This document shows, one piece after another, positions 1-8,921 of a stretch of 21,980 nucleotides of DNA. Every line of letters starts with the position of its first letter. Position 1 is the stretch's first letter. The translations under genes were made by a program, and so were the position numbers. Origin of the DNA: a bacterium (lineage in GTDB: Bacteria > Methylomirabilota > Methylomirabilia > CAVQYV01); the NCBI GenBank assembly GCA_043800755.1, contig JAZDMQ010000106.1:1-21980 (forward strand), written 5' to 3'. The notes beneath the pieces were generated by a model that had not been told where the DNA came from, did no database searches, and saw only the letters and a list, made by a program, of their open reading frames with translations.

Positions 1-956
1 TTGTAGCCCCGCAGCGCAGGCTCGATCGCCTGCTTGGATTTGGTGAAGGCCGGGGGATCGAGGATGATCACGCCAAACCTCTCCCCCTGCCTCTCCAAGG
101 CACGCAGCTCATCAAAGGCGTTGCCGGCCCGGAACTGGCAGCGGTCAGAGAGCCCATTCAGTCGGGCGTTCTCCTGGGCCAGGGCGATGGCCTCCTCCGA
201 GATGTCGAGCCCCAAGACCGAGGCGGCCCCGAAGTGGGCGGCCTGCAGGGAGAAGGCCCCGGAGTAACAGAAACAGTCCAGGCCCCGCCGATCCTGACAG
301 AGCCCCTGTAAGGCCAGGCGGTTCCCCCGCTGATCGAGGAAGAATCCGGTCTTCTGTCCCCCCTTGACATCCACCCAGAAGGAGAGTCCCCCCTCCCGGA
401 TCTGAATCCGGTCCGGGACTTCTCCCCAGAGCAGGCCTTTGCCTGAGGGAAGGCCCTCTAACTCCCGCACATGAAGGTCGTTGCGGGCATAGATGCCCAG
501 GGGATTCAAGGTTTCGCGCACCAGGCTCAGGATCATCTCCCGGCGGACCTCCATCCCTAAGGCCAGCAATTGGATCACCAGGTAGGGCCCGTAACGATCG
601 AGGATGAGCCCGGGCAAGAGGTCGGCCTCACTGAAGACCAGGCGACAGGCGTCGGAGGGTATGGAGAAGAGGGAGCGGCGGTCGATGGCCTGCTGCAGAC
701 GCCGACGGAGGAAGTCGCCATCGATCGCCTCCGGCTCAGAGGAGAGGACCCGCACCCGGATCTGAGAGGAGGGGTTGAAATAGCCCCGGCCCAGGAAGGT
801 GCCGCGGGCATCGTACAGGTCGACGATCTCCCCGGGGCTTATGGGTCCATCGGTCTTCTCGATCTCCCCCGCATACACCCAGGGGTGTCCGCGGAGGAGG
901 CGCCTCTCTCTGCCGGGTTTAAGGCCGATGCGCGCCGGGGATGGGGCTTGAGACAT
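1..956 (-). CDS. Class I SAM-dependent rRNA methyltransferase of the RlmI/YccW family (PUA + methyltransferase domains). N-terminus is in the window; the C-terminus runs off the left edge.
   Basis: Manual minus-strand translation from the ATG at 956-954 gives [32 protein letters not shown] (PUA-like N-terminus) ... CFCYSGAFSLQAAHFGAASVLGLDISEEAIALAQENARLNGL ... RFGVIILDPPAFTKSKQAIEPALRGY. The DPPAF(T)KSK motif and the SAM-binding region are characteristic of RlmI-type m5C methyltransferases. The frame has no stop down to position 1, so it is absent from the ORF track because it is open at the window edge. Confidence 0.8.
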   Translation of the reverse strand, partial: MSQAPSPARIGLKPGRERRLLRGHPWVYAGEIEKTDGPISPGEIVDLYDARGTFLGRGYFNPSSQIRVRVLSSEPEAIDGDFLRRRLQQAIDRRSLFSIPSDACRLVFSEADLLPGLILDRYGPYLVIQLLALGMEVRREMILSLVRETLNPLGIYARNDLHVRELEGLPSGKGLLWGEVPDRIQIREGGLSFWVDVKGGQKTGFFLDQRGNRLALQGLCQDRRGLDCFCYSGAFSLQAAHFGAASVLGLDISEEAIALAQENARLNGLSDRCQFRAGNAFDELRALERQGERFGVIILDPPAFTKSKQAIEPALRGY

Positions 957-1623
957 AACGCTCGAAGGCTTGCAGGAGCTGCTGATAGAATTCCTTCCCC
1001 AAGAGGGCCTCGATCGCATAGCCCAGGCTGAGGACCATCACCTCCCCCTGGGGGTCCTTCAAGCAAGGGATGTGGGCCAGGTTCGGGGTCTCCTGAACCC
1101 CCAGGAAACGCCCCTCCTCATCCTCTCCCAGACAGAGGGGATACTGGATGCAATCTAAGGGCTTGACCTCAGAAAGGCCCAGCCCACCCTTCAGGGCATA
1201 GGAATGGATGGCGCATAGCCTGACCCCATTCCGCTCGTAGGCAAAGAGGCACATCTGATCCGGATAGGAGAGGCAATGCGGGGGATCTCCCTCCGGGAAG
1301 TGCAGGCGCAGGGCCTCCCATTCCAGGCCATGGATCTCGCAGCCTGCCGGACACTGGGTCGCGCAATCGGCGACGAAGCAGCCTTTGGCGGCCAGGGCCC
1401 TCCCCTCCTCCGGGGGGAGGAAGGAGGCGATCTCAGATAGATGCAGGCGGATCCGCTTGATCTCGGCCTGATGAAGGATGCAGCCCCGACAGCAGCACTG
1501 GGACTGGCAGGAATAGAACTCCGGATCGCAGGTATAGGGGGTGGTGAAGATCCTCTCCTCTACCCGCACGCCGGCCACGGTGATATAACTCCTTCCTGGG
1601 GGGCCCTTGCTCTGATCGCTCAT
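919..1623 (-). CDS. Cysteine-cluster protein, YkgJ/UPF0153-like putative Fe-S or zinc-binding protein.
   Basis: 234-aa ORF with clustered cysteines near the N-terminus ([19 protein letters not shown]) and further Cys pairs ([33 protein letters not shown]). ATG at 1623 overlaps the nadE stop as ATGA. Family assignment is from the Cys pattern only. Confidence 0.55.
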   Translation of the reverse strand: MSDQSKGPPGRSYITVAGVRVEERIFTTPYTCDPEFYSCQSQCCCRGCILHQAEIKRIRLHLSEIASFLPPEEGRALAAKGCFVADCATQCPAGCEIHGLEWEALRLHFPEGDPPHCLSYPDQMCLFAYERNGVRLCAIHSYALKGGLGLSEVKPLDCIQYPLCLGEDEEGRFLGVQETPNLAHIPCLKDPQGEVMVLSLGYAIEALLGKEFYQQLLQAFERYVSSPIPGAHRP

Positions 1624-2453
1624 CGGCCCCAGTCCCGGGGGTAACGAAAATCCCGATCAATGGTGCGGCCGGAGACCTTGGCGATCACGGGCAGGCGCCG
1701 CTTGAACTGAGAGGACTGGACCATCTCGAAGACCTTCCGCACGAACTTCTCGTCGAAGCCCGCCCCCACCAGATCCGCGATCTCGTAGCGCTTGTCGATC
1801 ATGAGCATCAGGACCTGATCTACCTCCTCATAGGTGAAGCCCAACTCCTCCTCATCCGTCTGCCCCTCCCAGAGGTCGGCGCTCGGCTTCTTCTGCATGA
1901 TCTCCTCCGGCACCCCCACATGCCGGGCCAACTGCCACACCTGGGTCTTGAACAGATCCCCCAGGGGATTGATCGCGGAGGCCATATCCCCATAGAGGGT
2001 CCCGTAGCCCAGCATGAGCTCGCTCTTGTTACTGGTCCCCAAGACCAGGGCGGAGAGGACGGCCGAATGATCGTAGAGGATGGTCATCCGCTCCCGCGCC
2101 ATCTTGTTGCCCCTTCTCAGGGCATCGGCCTCGGGGAAACGTTCGAAATAGACATCGATCATCGGGGTAATGTCGATGAGAGCGGAGTGGATCTTCAGCT
2201 TCTGCACCACCAGTTGGGCATGGGCCACGCTCTCCGGGCTGCTGGTCTTGTAAGGCATGATCAGGCCCCAGACGCTCTCTGGACCGAGGGCCTGGGCAGC
2301 CAAGAACGCGGAGAGGGCGGAATCTACTCCTCCGGAGACCCCGATGACGGCCCGGCGGAAGCCCATCTTGTGGACCTCGTTTTCGATGAAGCCCACCAGG
2401 ATCTTGCGCAGCAGCTCACAATTGATGGTCACATCAGCGCGAATCGGCTCCAT
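1620..2453 (-). CDS. nadE: NAD+ synthetase, synthetase (PP-loop ATP pyrophosphatase) subunit.
   Basis: 277 aa. The PP-loop motif [11 protein letters not shown] and overall similarity to NadE are recognisable. ATG at 2453. The stop overlaps the downstream start (ATGA). Confidence 0.9.
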   Translation of the reverse strand: MEPIRADVTINCELLRKILVGFIENEVHKMGFRRAVIGVSGGVDSALSAFLAAQALGPESVWGLIMPYKTSSPESVAHAQLVVQKLKIHSALIDITPMIDVYFERFPEADALRRGNKMARERMTILYDHSAVLSALVLGTSNKSELMLGYGTLYGDMASAINPLGDLFKTQVWQLARHVGVPEEIMQKKPSADLWEGQTDEEELGFTYEEVDQVLMLMIDKRYEIADLVGAGFDEKFVRKVFEMVQSSQFKRRLPVIAKVSGRTIDRDFRYPRDWGR

Positions 2454-2491
2454 CCCTTCCCTCTCCGTCTCCCCTTCCCGGGGGGAGGCCC

Positions 2492-3352
2492 CTATTTCGC
2501 TCTCTCCTTGATGACCCGCTTTAACTCGCGGAGGGTGAGATTGGGACGCTCATCTCGCAGCAAAGGGGAGGTGGCCCTCTCCCGCCGCAGCTCAGACCGG
2601 TCCAGCTCGGCGATGACCAGGTCCTCCTGGTGGTACTTCCCCTTGGCCAACAGGATCCCGGCCGGGCTGAGGATCTGGGATCCTCCCCAAAAGTGGACCC
2701 CGTCCTCATAGCCCACCCGGTTGGCGAAGACGAGGAAACAGGAGAAGAGGTAGGCATAGGTGTAGATGAGGCTCTCCCAGACCTTTACCGACTCCAATTT
2801 CTCCTCTGCCCCCAGCCCCCGCCCCGGGCTGGAGGAGAGGCCGACCAAGAGATCCATCCCCCCCAGGGAGAGGACATAGGGGGCGGAGGGGTGCCACAGG
2901 TCTTCGCAGAGGAGGAGTCCCATAGGTCCCCAGCGGCTCTGAGTCGCCCGCAGGCGATCCCCGGAGGCGAAATACCGCCGTTCATCGAACATCCCGTAGG
3001 TGGGCAGGTAGATCTTGCGGTGGACATGCCGCACCTCTCCCGCCTCCAGCAAAAGCGCGGCGTTATAGAATCGATGATCCGAGGATTCCTCCACCAATCC
3101 CAGCACGATGGAGATCTCCCGGCTCAGCTCCTTCAAACCATTTAGGAAGGGGCTCTCGCAGGATAGGGCCAGGGAGGGCACCAGGTCCTTGACGAAATAC
3201 CCGGTGAGGCTCAGCTCCGGAAAGATGATGAGATGAACGCCATCAGCCCGGGCCTGCTCCGCGATCTGCTCGTGGAGGGCCAGATTCTTCCTCAAATCCC
3301 CTAAGATGGGATTGACCTGGGCGACTGCAATCCTAAACTGCCTGGCTTGCAT
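2492..3352 (-). CDS. Carbon-nitrogen hydrolase (nitrilase superfamily), probable glutaminase partner of NadE.
   Basis: 286 aa. The nitrilase-fold catalytic triad is recognisable: E in [10 protein letters not shown] in [15 protein letters not shown] in [11 protein letters not shown]. It lies immediately upstream of nadE (38-nt gap), in the same order as the domains of fused glutamine-dependent NadE. Confidence 0.8.
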   Translation of the reverse strand: MQARQFRIAVAQVNPILGDLRKNLALHEQIAEQARADGVHLIIFPELSLTGYFVKDLVPSLALSCESPFLNGLKELSREISIVLGLVEESSDHRFYNAALLLEAGEVRHVHRKIYLPTYGMFDERRYFASGDRLRATQSRWGPMGLLLCEDLWHPSAPYVLSLGGMDLLVGLSSSPGRGLGAEEKLESVKVWESLIYTYAYLFSCFLVFANRVGYEDGVHFWGGSQILSPAGILLAKGKYHQEDLVIAELDRSELRRERATSPLLRDERPNLTLRELKRVIKERAK

Positions 3353-4112
3353 TAGACCTCTCAGCTCGAAAGGAGCCGTAAATGACCTCTAACTCCAAGG
3401 ATGGCTGCCTCCTTCCTCTACCCGTATAAAGGATCAAGGGGGGTAAGGCCTTGAGCTCCGGCCTCGCCCCCTTTCGGGCGGAAACCAGGGCAAATTCCGC
3501 CTCCGATTCGGGAAAGGAGTGAACCAGGCGGAGGCGCTTGGGCTCCAGGCCGGCCTGGCGCAGCGAGACGATCAGGCCCGCCAGGCCGCTGCAATGATAG
3601 ATCAGGGCTAGGGTGCCCCTGGCTCGAAGGGCCCAGAAGGCAGCCCGCAAGAGATCCTCCAGCCCTCCCTGCGGGCCGTGCTTGGCCAAGGCCACCTGCT
3701 GCCGTGGGCTCGATCGGCCGCTCCCGATGGCACGATAGGGAGGATTGGCCAGGACCAGGTCAAAGGAGTTAGGGGAGAGGAGGCGAGGTCCCGCCCTCCA
3801 GTCAGCCACCAGGACGGAAACCCTGCCCTCCAGGCCATTGAGGACCACTGACCTTTGGGCCTGGCTGGCCAGGTCCTCCTGAAGCTCCAGCCCTAAGATC
3901 TTCACTTCTCCCCGCCGCCGCGCCAGGAGCAGGGAGGCCGCCCCATTGCCCATCCCCAACTCCAAGGCGGATCGCCCGGGAAGGGAGGAGGCGAAGTGGG
4001 CAAGGAGCACGGAATCCAGAGAGTAGCGGTAGCCCCGACGGCTCTGGATGATGCGGTAGCCCGAGCCAAGCAGCTCCTCAAGGACCTCCCCCGGCCGCAG
4101 GAGAACTTCCAT
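3333..4112 (-). CDS. tRNA (adenine37-N6)-methyltransferase-like SAM-dependent methyltransferase (TrmN6/YfiC family).
   Basis: 259 aa. GYRYSLDSVLLAHFA plus LELGMGNGAASL (SAM motif I) and NPPY motif (LVLANPPYRA), typical of N6-adenine/N5-glutamine-type methyltransferases of the YfiC family. Overlaps the C-N hydrolase start by 20 nt. Confidence 0.7.
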   Translation of the reverse strand: MEVLLRPGEVLEELLGSGYRIIQSRRGYRYSLDSVLLAHFASSLPGRSALELGMGNGAASLLLARRRGEVKILGLELQEDLASQAQRSVVLNGLEGRVSVLVADWRAGPRLLSPNSFDLVLANPPYRAIGSGRSSPRQQVALAKHGPQGGLEDLLRAAFWALRARGTLALIYHCSGLAGLIVSLRQAGLEPKRLRLVHSFPESEAEFALVSARKGARPELKALPPLILYTGRGRRQPSLELEVIYGSFRAERSNASQAV

Positions 4113-4124
4113 CGCGCGAATCCC

Positions 4125-5819
4125 CTAAAAGAGCCCGACCACCCTCCCCTGCTCGTCGATGTCGATGAAGTTGCCCGCCGGGGTCGAGGGCAGGCCGGGC
4201 ATGGTCCGCATCTCCCCCAACAGGGGATAGAGGAACCCGGCCCCCACCGAGGCGTTGACATCGCGAATGGGGACGCGGAAATTCCGGGGTCTGCCCTTCA
4301 ATGAGGGATCATGGGAGAGGGAGAGGTGGGTCTTGGCCATGTTGATGGGCAGCTTGTCAAAGCCCATCTCCGTGTACATCTTGATCTTCCTCTCCGCGGC
4401 GGGCATATAGTCCACCCCATCCGCCCCGTAGATCTTGGTGGCGATGGTTTCGATCTTCTCCTTGATAGAGGCCTCGAGGGGATAGAGGAACCGGAACTGG
4501 GAGGGCTGGTCGCAGGCGGCCACGACCGCTTGGGCCAACTCGATGCCGCCCTGTCCCCCCTTGGCCCACGCCCCCATGGGGACGGCGTCTTCGGCCCCGT
4601 ATCCTTTCGCTCTCTGGCGGATGAATTCGATCTCTTTGTCCGTGTCGGTGGTGAAGCGATTGATCGCCACCACCACCGGCACCCCGAACAGCCGCACATT
4701 CTCCACATGCTTCGCCAGGTTCTCCATGCCTTTTTCCAGGGCGGGAAAGTTCTCCTCGGTAATCTCCTTGGGCAGGTCCTTCCCGGCCACCACCCTGCCC
4801 GCGCCTCCGTGCATTTTCAGGGCCCGCACGGTGGCAGTGAGGATGACGGCATTGGGCTGGAGGCCGCTGTACCGGCACTTGATGTTCATGAACTTCTCGC
4901 AGCCGCAGTCCGCGCCAAAGCCCGCTTCGGTGATCACATAGTCCGCCAGCTTCAGAGCGATCTGGTCCGCGATGATGGAGTTATTGCCATGGGCGATATT
5001 GGCGAAGGGCCCGGCGTGTACGAAGACCGGGGTATGTTCCAGGGTCTGCATCAAGTTGGGCTTGATCGCATCTTTCATGAGAACGGTCATGGATCCGGCA
5101 CATTTCAGGTCCTCGGCGGTCACGGGTTTGCCGTCATAGGTCACCCCGATCACGATTCGCCCGAGGCGTTTCCTCATGTCAAAGAGGTCGGTGGTAAGGG
5201 CCAGGATCGCCATCACCTCGGAGGCGACGGAGATATCGTATCCGCTCTCTCTCGGATAACCATTATCCCTGCCCCCCAGGCCCACCACGATCTGGCGCAA
5301 CGCCCGGTCGCTTACATCGACCACTCTTCTCCAGGAGATGCTCAAGGGATCGATCTTCAGACGGTTGCCGTGCAGGATGTGCGCATCGATGAAGGCGGAG
5401 AGCAGATTGTGGGCAATGCTCACCGCGTGCACATCCCCGGTGAGGTGGAGGTTGAAGTCCTCCATGGGGACCACCTGGGAATACCCGCCGCCGGCCGCGC
5501 CCCCTTTGATCCCGAAGACCGGGCCCAGGGAGGGCTGGCGCAGGCAGGTGAAGATCTTCTTTCCGATAACCGCCATCGCCTGCGAGACCCCGATGGTGGT
5601 CACTGTCTTGCCCTCCCCCAGGGGGGTGGGAGTGATGGCCGTCACCACGATGTACTTGCCGTTCGGCCGGCACGCGAGCCCCTTCAAGACATCCAAAGAG
5701 ACCTTGGCCTTGTATTTGCCATAATATTCCAGATCGTCCTCCTGCAGGCCGACCGATTTGGCGATCTCCAGGATGGGCTTCATCTTCGCCTGCTGGGCGA
5801 TCTCGATATCCTTTAGCAT
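4125..5819 (-). CDS. fhs: Formate--tetrahydrofolate ligase (formyltetrahydrofolate synthetase).
   Basis: 564 aa. Hallmark nucleotide-binding motif [20 protein letters not shown] and full-length similarity to Fhs. ATG at 5819 is preceded by AGGAGAAAGGAG, a good Shine-Dalgarno sequence. Confidence 0.95.
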   Translation of the reverse strand: MLKDIEIAQQAKMKPILEIAKSVGLQEDDLEYYGKYKAKVSLDVLKGLACRPNGKYIVVTAITPTPLGEGKTVTTIGVSQAMAVIGKKIFTCLRQPSLGPVFGIKGGAAGGGYSQVVPMEDFNLHLTGDVHAVSIAHNLLSAFIDAHILHGNRLKIDPLSISWRRVVDVSDRALRQIVVGLGGRDNGYPRESGYDISVASEVMAILALTTDLFDMRKRLGRIVIGVTYDGKPVTAEDLKCAGSMTVLMKDAIKPNLMQTLEHTPVFVHAGPFANIAHGNNSIIADQIALKLADYVITEAGFGADCGCEKFMNIKCRYSGLQPNAVILTATVRALKMHGGAGRVVAGKDLPKEITEENFPALEKGMENLAKHVENVRLFGVPVVVAINRFTTDTDKEIEFIRQRAKGYGAEDAVPMGAWAKGGQGGIELAQAVVAACDQPSQFRFLYPLEASIKEKIETIATKIYGADGVDYMPAAERKIKMYTEMGFDKLPINMAKTHLSLSHDPSLKGRPRNFRVPIRDVNASVGAGFLYPLLGEMRTMPGLPSTPAGNFIDIDEQGRVVGLF

Positions 5820-5898
5820 CCCTGATACTCCTTTCTCCTGCGATGAATAGATCGTGGAAATTGAACCCTCGGGGGTAATTTCCTGTTAAGTTCCGATC

Positions 5899-5927
5899 AA
5901 TTTAGTCTCCCCTTTCGCCCTTGTCAA
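5899..5927 (-). promoter_or_regulatory. Candidate sigma70-type promoter for fhs: -35 TTGACA (plus 5922-5927), 17-nt spacer, -10 TAAATT (plus 5899-5904), giving roughly an 80-nt 5' UTR.
   Basis: Read on the minus strand: TGATCAATTTATC-TTGACA-agggcgaaaggggagac-TAAATT-gatcgg... inside the 153-nt fhs-priA intergenic gap. AT-rich tract upstream of -35. It is flanked by a 9-bp inverted repeat (see findings). Confidence 0.4.
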
Positions 5928-5972
5928 GATAAATTGATCAATGGCTAAAGCTGCTTCCGCCACTCCTGTATT

Positions 5973-8198
5973 CTAATACAGCCGGATCGGATCGACATCC
6001 ACCCGGAGACCGACCCCGGCCCTGGCGGCTGAGTCCTGGAACTGATCCAAGGCCTTGCCCAGGGGATCCACCAGGCGACCCTGCTCGCCTTTGACCAGAA
6101 GCCTCCAATAAAACCTCCCTTTCCGACGATAGAGCGGGGACGGGGCCGGGCCGTCCAAGAGCTGGGAAGGGGGGGCCTGGGCCTGGAGGAGCGAGGCAAG
6201 GGCCATCGCCGCCCTCTTCGCCCCATCCTCCCTGGTGGCGCTGATTTCGACTTGGGCCAGCTGGAAGAAGGGCGGCAGGCAGAGGACTTCCCGCGAGGCA
6301 ATCTCCCTTCCGTAGAAGAGCAGGTAATCCTGGGCCTGGACCGCCTGCAGGACATAATGTCCGGGGTAATAGGTCTGAATGAGGAGCTCGCTGGGGGGAT
6401 GACTCCCCTTCCGGTTTTGGGCCATCTCCATCAGGAGGGAAAAGAGGCGTTCCCCGGCCCGGAAATCGGGCAGGTTGAGGAGGTTATCCGCAGAAAGGAG
6501 CGCCACCAGGGAGGGCTGACCGAAGGGCAGCGCCCTGAGGATCATCTGGGTTCCCACCAGGATATCCAGGTCGCCCCGGCCAAAACGCTGGAGCAGGGCC
6601 TGCGGCCCTGTCCTCAGGGGAAAGACATCGGAATCCATACGGGCGACCCTCGCCCCAGGGAATAGGCGCTTGACCTCCTCCTCCACCTGCTGCGTGCCCG
6701 GCCCGAGATAAAGGATGATGACCCCCCGGCAATTGGGACAGCGATCGGGGGGGGACTCCTCCCTTCCACACTGATGGCAGACGAGCCCCCGGCCGCCCCG
6801 ATGCAAGACGAAGGGGACGCTGCATCGAGGACATTGGAGGCGGAAGCCACACTCGCGGCACAGGAGGTGGGCGAAATACCCACGCCGATTGATCAGGAGC
6901 ACCGACTTCTCTGAAGCGGCCAACCTCTGTCCAATCGCAGCCTGCAACGCCGAGGAGAGAAGAGGAGGCCTGTTCCCCTCCCGGGCCTCTTCTCGCATAT
7001 CCACCAGGGAGACGCGTGAAAGCTCTCCCGGTGCTGAATCCGGCACGGATAAGAGCCGGTACTCCCCTCGCTGGGCCTTATAGAAACTCTCCAGGGAGGG
7101 GGTGGCCGAGGCCAGGAGCAGGGGGATGTTGAGCATTTGGGCACGGGCCAACGCCACCTCGCGCGCGTGGTAGCCTGGCCCCTCCTCCTGCTTGTAGGAG
7201 GGATCCTGTTCATCGTCGAGGAGGATGAGGCCCAGCCGGGGGTGAGGGGTGAAGGCCGCAGAACGCGTTCCAATGGCGATGAGCGCCTCTCCCTCCTGGA
7301 TCCTCCTCCACTGCCGCTCCCGTTCTGCCCGGGAAAGGCCACTGTGCAAGAAGGCAACCCGGCCTCTTAGGAGGGCATCCACCTCTTCCCGGAAGGAAGC
7401 GGTGAGGCCGATCTCCGGGACCAGGAGCAGCCCTCCCCTTCCCCCTTGAAGCAAGAGCTGAAAGAGCTCTAGGTACCACCTCCTCCTCTGCTCCCGGTGA
7501 GGGCCAAAGAGGAGGAAGGTGGCATGGGTTGGCTTCTCCATGGCCTCTCGCACCGGTGCCAGTGGAGGGGGCAATTCCCTTCCCGGGGAGGGAAAAAGCG
7601 GCAGGGCCTCAGGGGCGGAGCTGGAGAGAGAGTCGGCGCGGGATGACAACCGGCGAGCCTTCACCGGCACCATCTCCCGTGCCAGCCATCCCTTCCGCTG
7701 CATTCCCTCCAAGGACGCACCAAGGCCTTCAGCTCCCACCCTTCGCTGGATCTGGCCCACACTTAGAGGAGAGGAGGCCTGCAAGGCCTCCCAGATCCTT
7801 TTCTCCAGAGGAAGGAGGGAAGGAGGCAGGTCGGGAACAATCCGGGTCAGGTGAAATACCCAGCGGCCGGCGGTTTTGGACCGCGGGGGAAGCGCGGACT
7901 TGATCACCGCCCCCCAGGGGGCCAGGCAGTCGTCCGCGATCTTCCTGGTGAGCTTTAGGAGGTGGGCGTCAAGGGAAGGCCCCTCCCCAAATACGGCCTG
8001 GATCTCCTTGAGGGGAATGGCTGGAGGCTCCCCGGGCATTCCCACGATATAGCCAATCACAAAACGCCGACCCAGGGGAACCAGTACGCATTTGCCCAGG
8101 GAGATCTCATCCTGCAGCGATGGGGGAACCTTATAGGAAAATAGCTTGTCCGTGGCCGCCCCCACCGCCACCTCGACATATCGCTCGGGATCTGCCAT
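5973..8198 (-). CDS. priA: Primosomal protein N' (PriA) homolog. Winged-helix 3'-binding domain and Cys-rich zinc-binding region are intact, but the helicase ATPase motifs are degenerate (probable pseudohelicase).
   Basis: 741 aa. N-terminal MADPERYVEVAVGAATDKLFSYKVP...GKCVLVPLGRRFVIGYIV is PriA-like. Motif Ia LVPEIGLT, motif III LLLASATPSLE and DILVGTQMI are present. Zinc-binding CRR CRECGFRLQCPRCS...CHQCGRE...CPNCRG is present. At the Walker A position the sequence is LLFGPHREQRRRWY, not GVTGSGKTEVY. At Walker B it is LLDDEQDPSYKQ, not DEEHD. At motif VI it is EMAQNRKGSH, not QVAGRAGR. ATG at 8198 has SD AGGAAGG. Confidence 0.9.
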   Translation of the reverse strand: MADPERYVEVAVGAATDKLFSYKVPPSLQDEISLGKCVLVPLGRRFVIGYIVGMPGEPPAIPLKEIQAVFGEGPSLDAHLLKLTRKIADDCLAPWGAVIKSALPPRSKTAGRWVFHLTRIVPDLPPSLLPLEKRIWEALQASSPLSVGQIQRRVGAEGLGASLEGMQRKGWLAREMVPVKARRLSSRADSLSSSAPEALPLFPSPGRELPPPLAPVREAMEKPTHATFLLFGPHREQRRRWYLELFQLLLQGGRGGLLLVPEIGLTASFREEVDALLRGRVAFLHSGLSRAERERQWRRIQEGEALIAIGTRSAAFTPHPRLGLILLDDEQDPSYKQEEGPGYHAREVALARAQMLNIPLLLASATPSLESFYKAQRGEYRLLSVPDSAPGELSRVSLVDMREEAREGNRPPLLSSALQAAIGQRLAASEKSVLLINRRGYFAHLLCRECGFRLQCPRCSVPFVLHRGGRGLVCHQCGREESPPDRCPNCRGVIILYLGPGTQQVEEEVKRLFPGARVARMDSDVFPLRTGPQALLQRFGRGDLDILVGTQMILRALPFGQPSLVALLSADNLLNLPDFRAGERLFSLLMEMAQNRKGSHPPSELLIQTYYPGHYVLQAVQAQDYLLFYGREIASREVLCLPPFFQLAQVEISATREDGAKRAAMALASLLQAQAPPSQLLDGPAPSPLYRRKGRFYWRLLVKGEQGRLVDPLGKALDQFQDSAARAGVGLRVDVDPIRLY

Positions 8199-8213
8199 TC
8201 TGCCTTCCTGCGG

Positions 8214-8921
8214 CTAAGAGGGGCCCGGGGAGGGGGATCTGCGAAGTCGCAGATACTCCTGTTTCAACATCTTCATGTCCTCCCAGACCTTCTTCTTCTC
8301 TAAGGGGTTACGCAACAGATAGGCAGGATGAAAGGTTGCCAGGAGGGGGATTCCCTGATAGGCGTGAAATTTGCCCCGCAGGGCCGATATGGGGGTTTTG
8401 GTCTGGAGAAGGGTCTGGGCCGCGAAGGTGCCCAGGGCACAGATGAGTTTGGGAGAAATGGCCTTCAGTTGGGCCTGCAGAAAAGGTTCACAGGTCTCGA
8501 TCTCGTCCAACTGGGGGTTGCGATTCTGCGGAGGACGGCACTTGACGATGTTGCAGATATAGACCTGCTCGCGCTTCAGCTCGATGGATTCGATAATCCG
8601 GGTGAGAAGCTGCCCGGCCCGGCCCACAAAAGGCTCCCCCTGCTCATCCTCCTCTGCCCCGGGCCCCTCTCCCACAAAGACCAGGTCGGCCTTGGCATCT
8701 CCACTCCCGAAAACGATCTGCTTTCGATTCTGCCACAGCTTGCAGCGCCGACATTCGCCGATCCACTGGCGAACCCCTTCCAGATCCAAGGACCGGGAAG
8801 GAGGCAGGGAGTGCTCCCCTGGGGGCAGGCTCAACCCCAAAAGCCCCCGCTCCTTCTGCCAGCAGAGGTGGCCCTTGAAGTCCCTCAAGATCTCCAGGAA
8901 TTCCCGCTCCAGGGAATCCAT
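8214..8921 (-). CDS. Uracil-DNA glycosylase, family 4 (Fe-S type).
   Basis: Motif GEGPGAEEDEQGEPFVGRAGQLL and overall family-4 UDG architecture (Cys residues for the 4Fe-4S cluster: CRRC...C...C). The track ORF starts at a GTG (8924). The ATG at 8921-8919 overlaps the coaBC stop (TGATG), so I call 8921. Confidence 0.85.
   Translation of the reverse strand: MDSLEREFLEILRDFKGHLCWQKERGLLGLSLPPGEHSLPPSRSLDLEGVRQWIGECRRCKLWQNRKQIVFGSGDAKADLVFVGEGPGAEEDEQGEPFVGRAGQLLTRIIESIELKREQVYICNIVKCRPPQNRNPQLDEIETCEPFLQAQLKAISPKLICALGTFAAQTLLQTKTPISALRGKFHAYQGIPLLATFHPAYLLRNPLEKKKVWEDMKMLKQEYLRLRRSPSPGPS

Noticed and set aside
4311-5816. Long plus-strand ORFs (501 aa here; also 12814..14046, 16446..17717, 1920..2711, 8328..9317, 9398..10210, 20711..21517).
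   Set aside because: Each lies fully antisense to a well-supported minus-strand gene with clear family motifs. The translations are low-complexity (Gly/Arg/Pro/Glu-rich) and lack SD sequences. These are typical open antisense frames of GC-rich coding DNA.
7473-7529. Possibility that the odd PriA Walker A (GPHREQRRRW) is a frameshift artefact. The +1 frame reads ALTGSRGGGG, vaguely P-loop-like.
   Set aside because: The shifted frame hits a stop (TAG) within a few codons. Walker B and motif VI are independently degenerate while flanking sequence stays in frame. Real divergence is therefore more parsimonious than multiple compensating indels.
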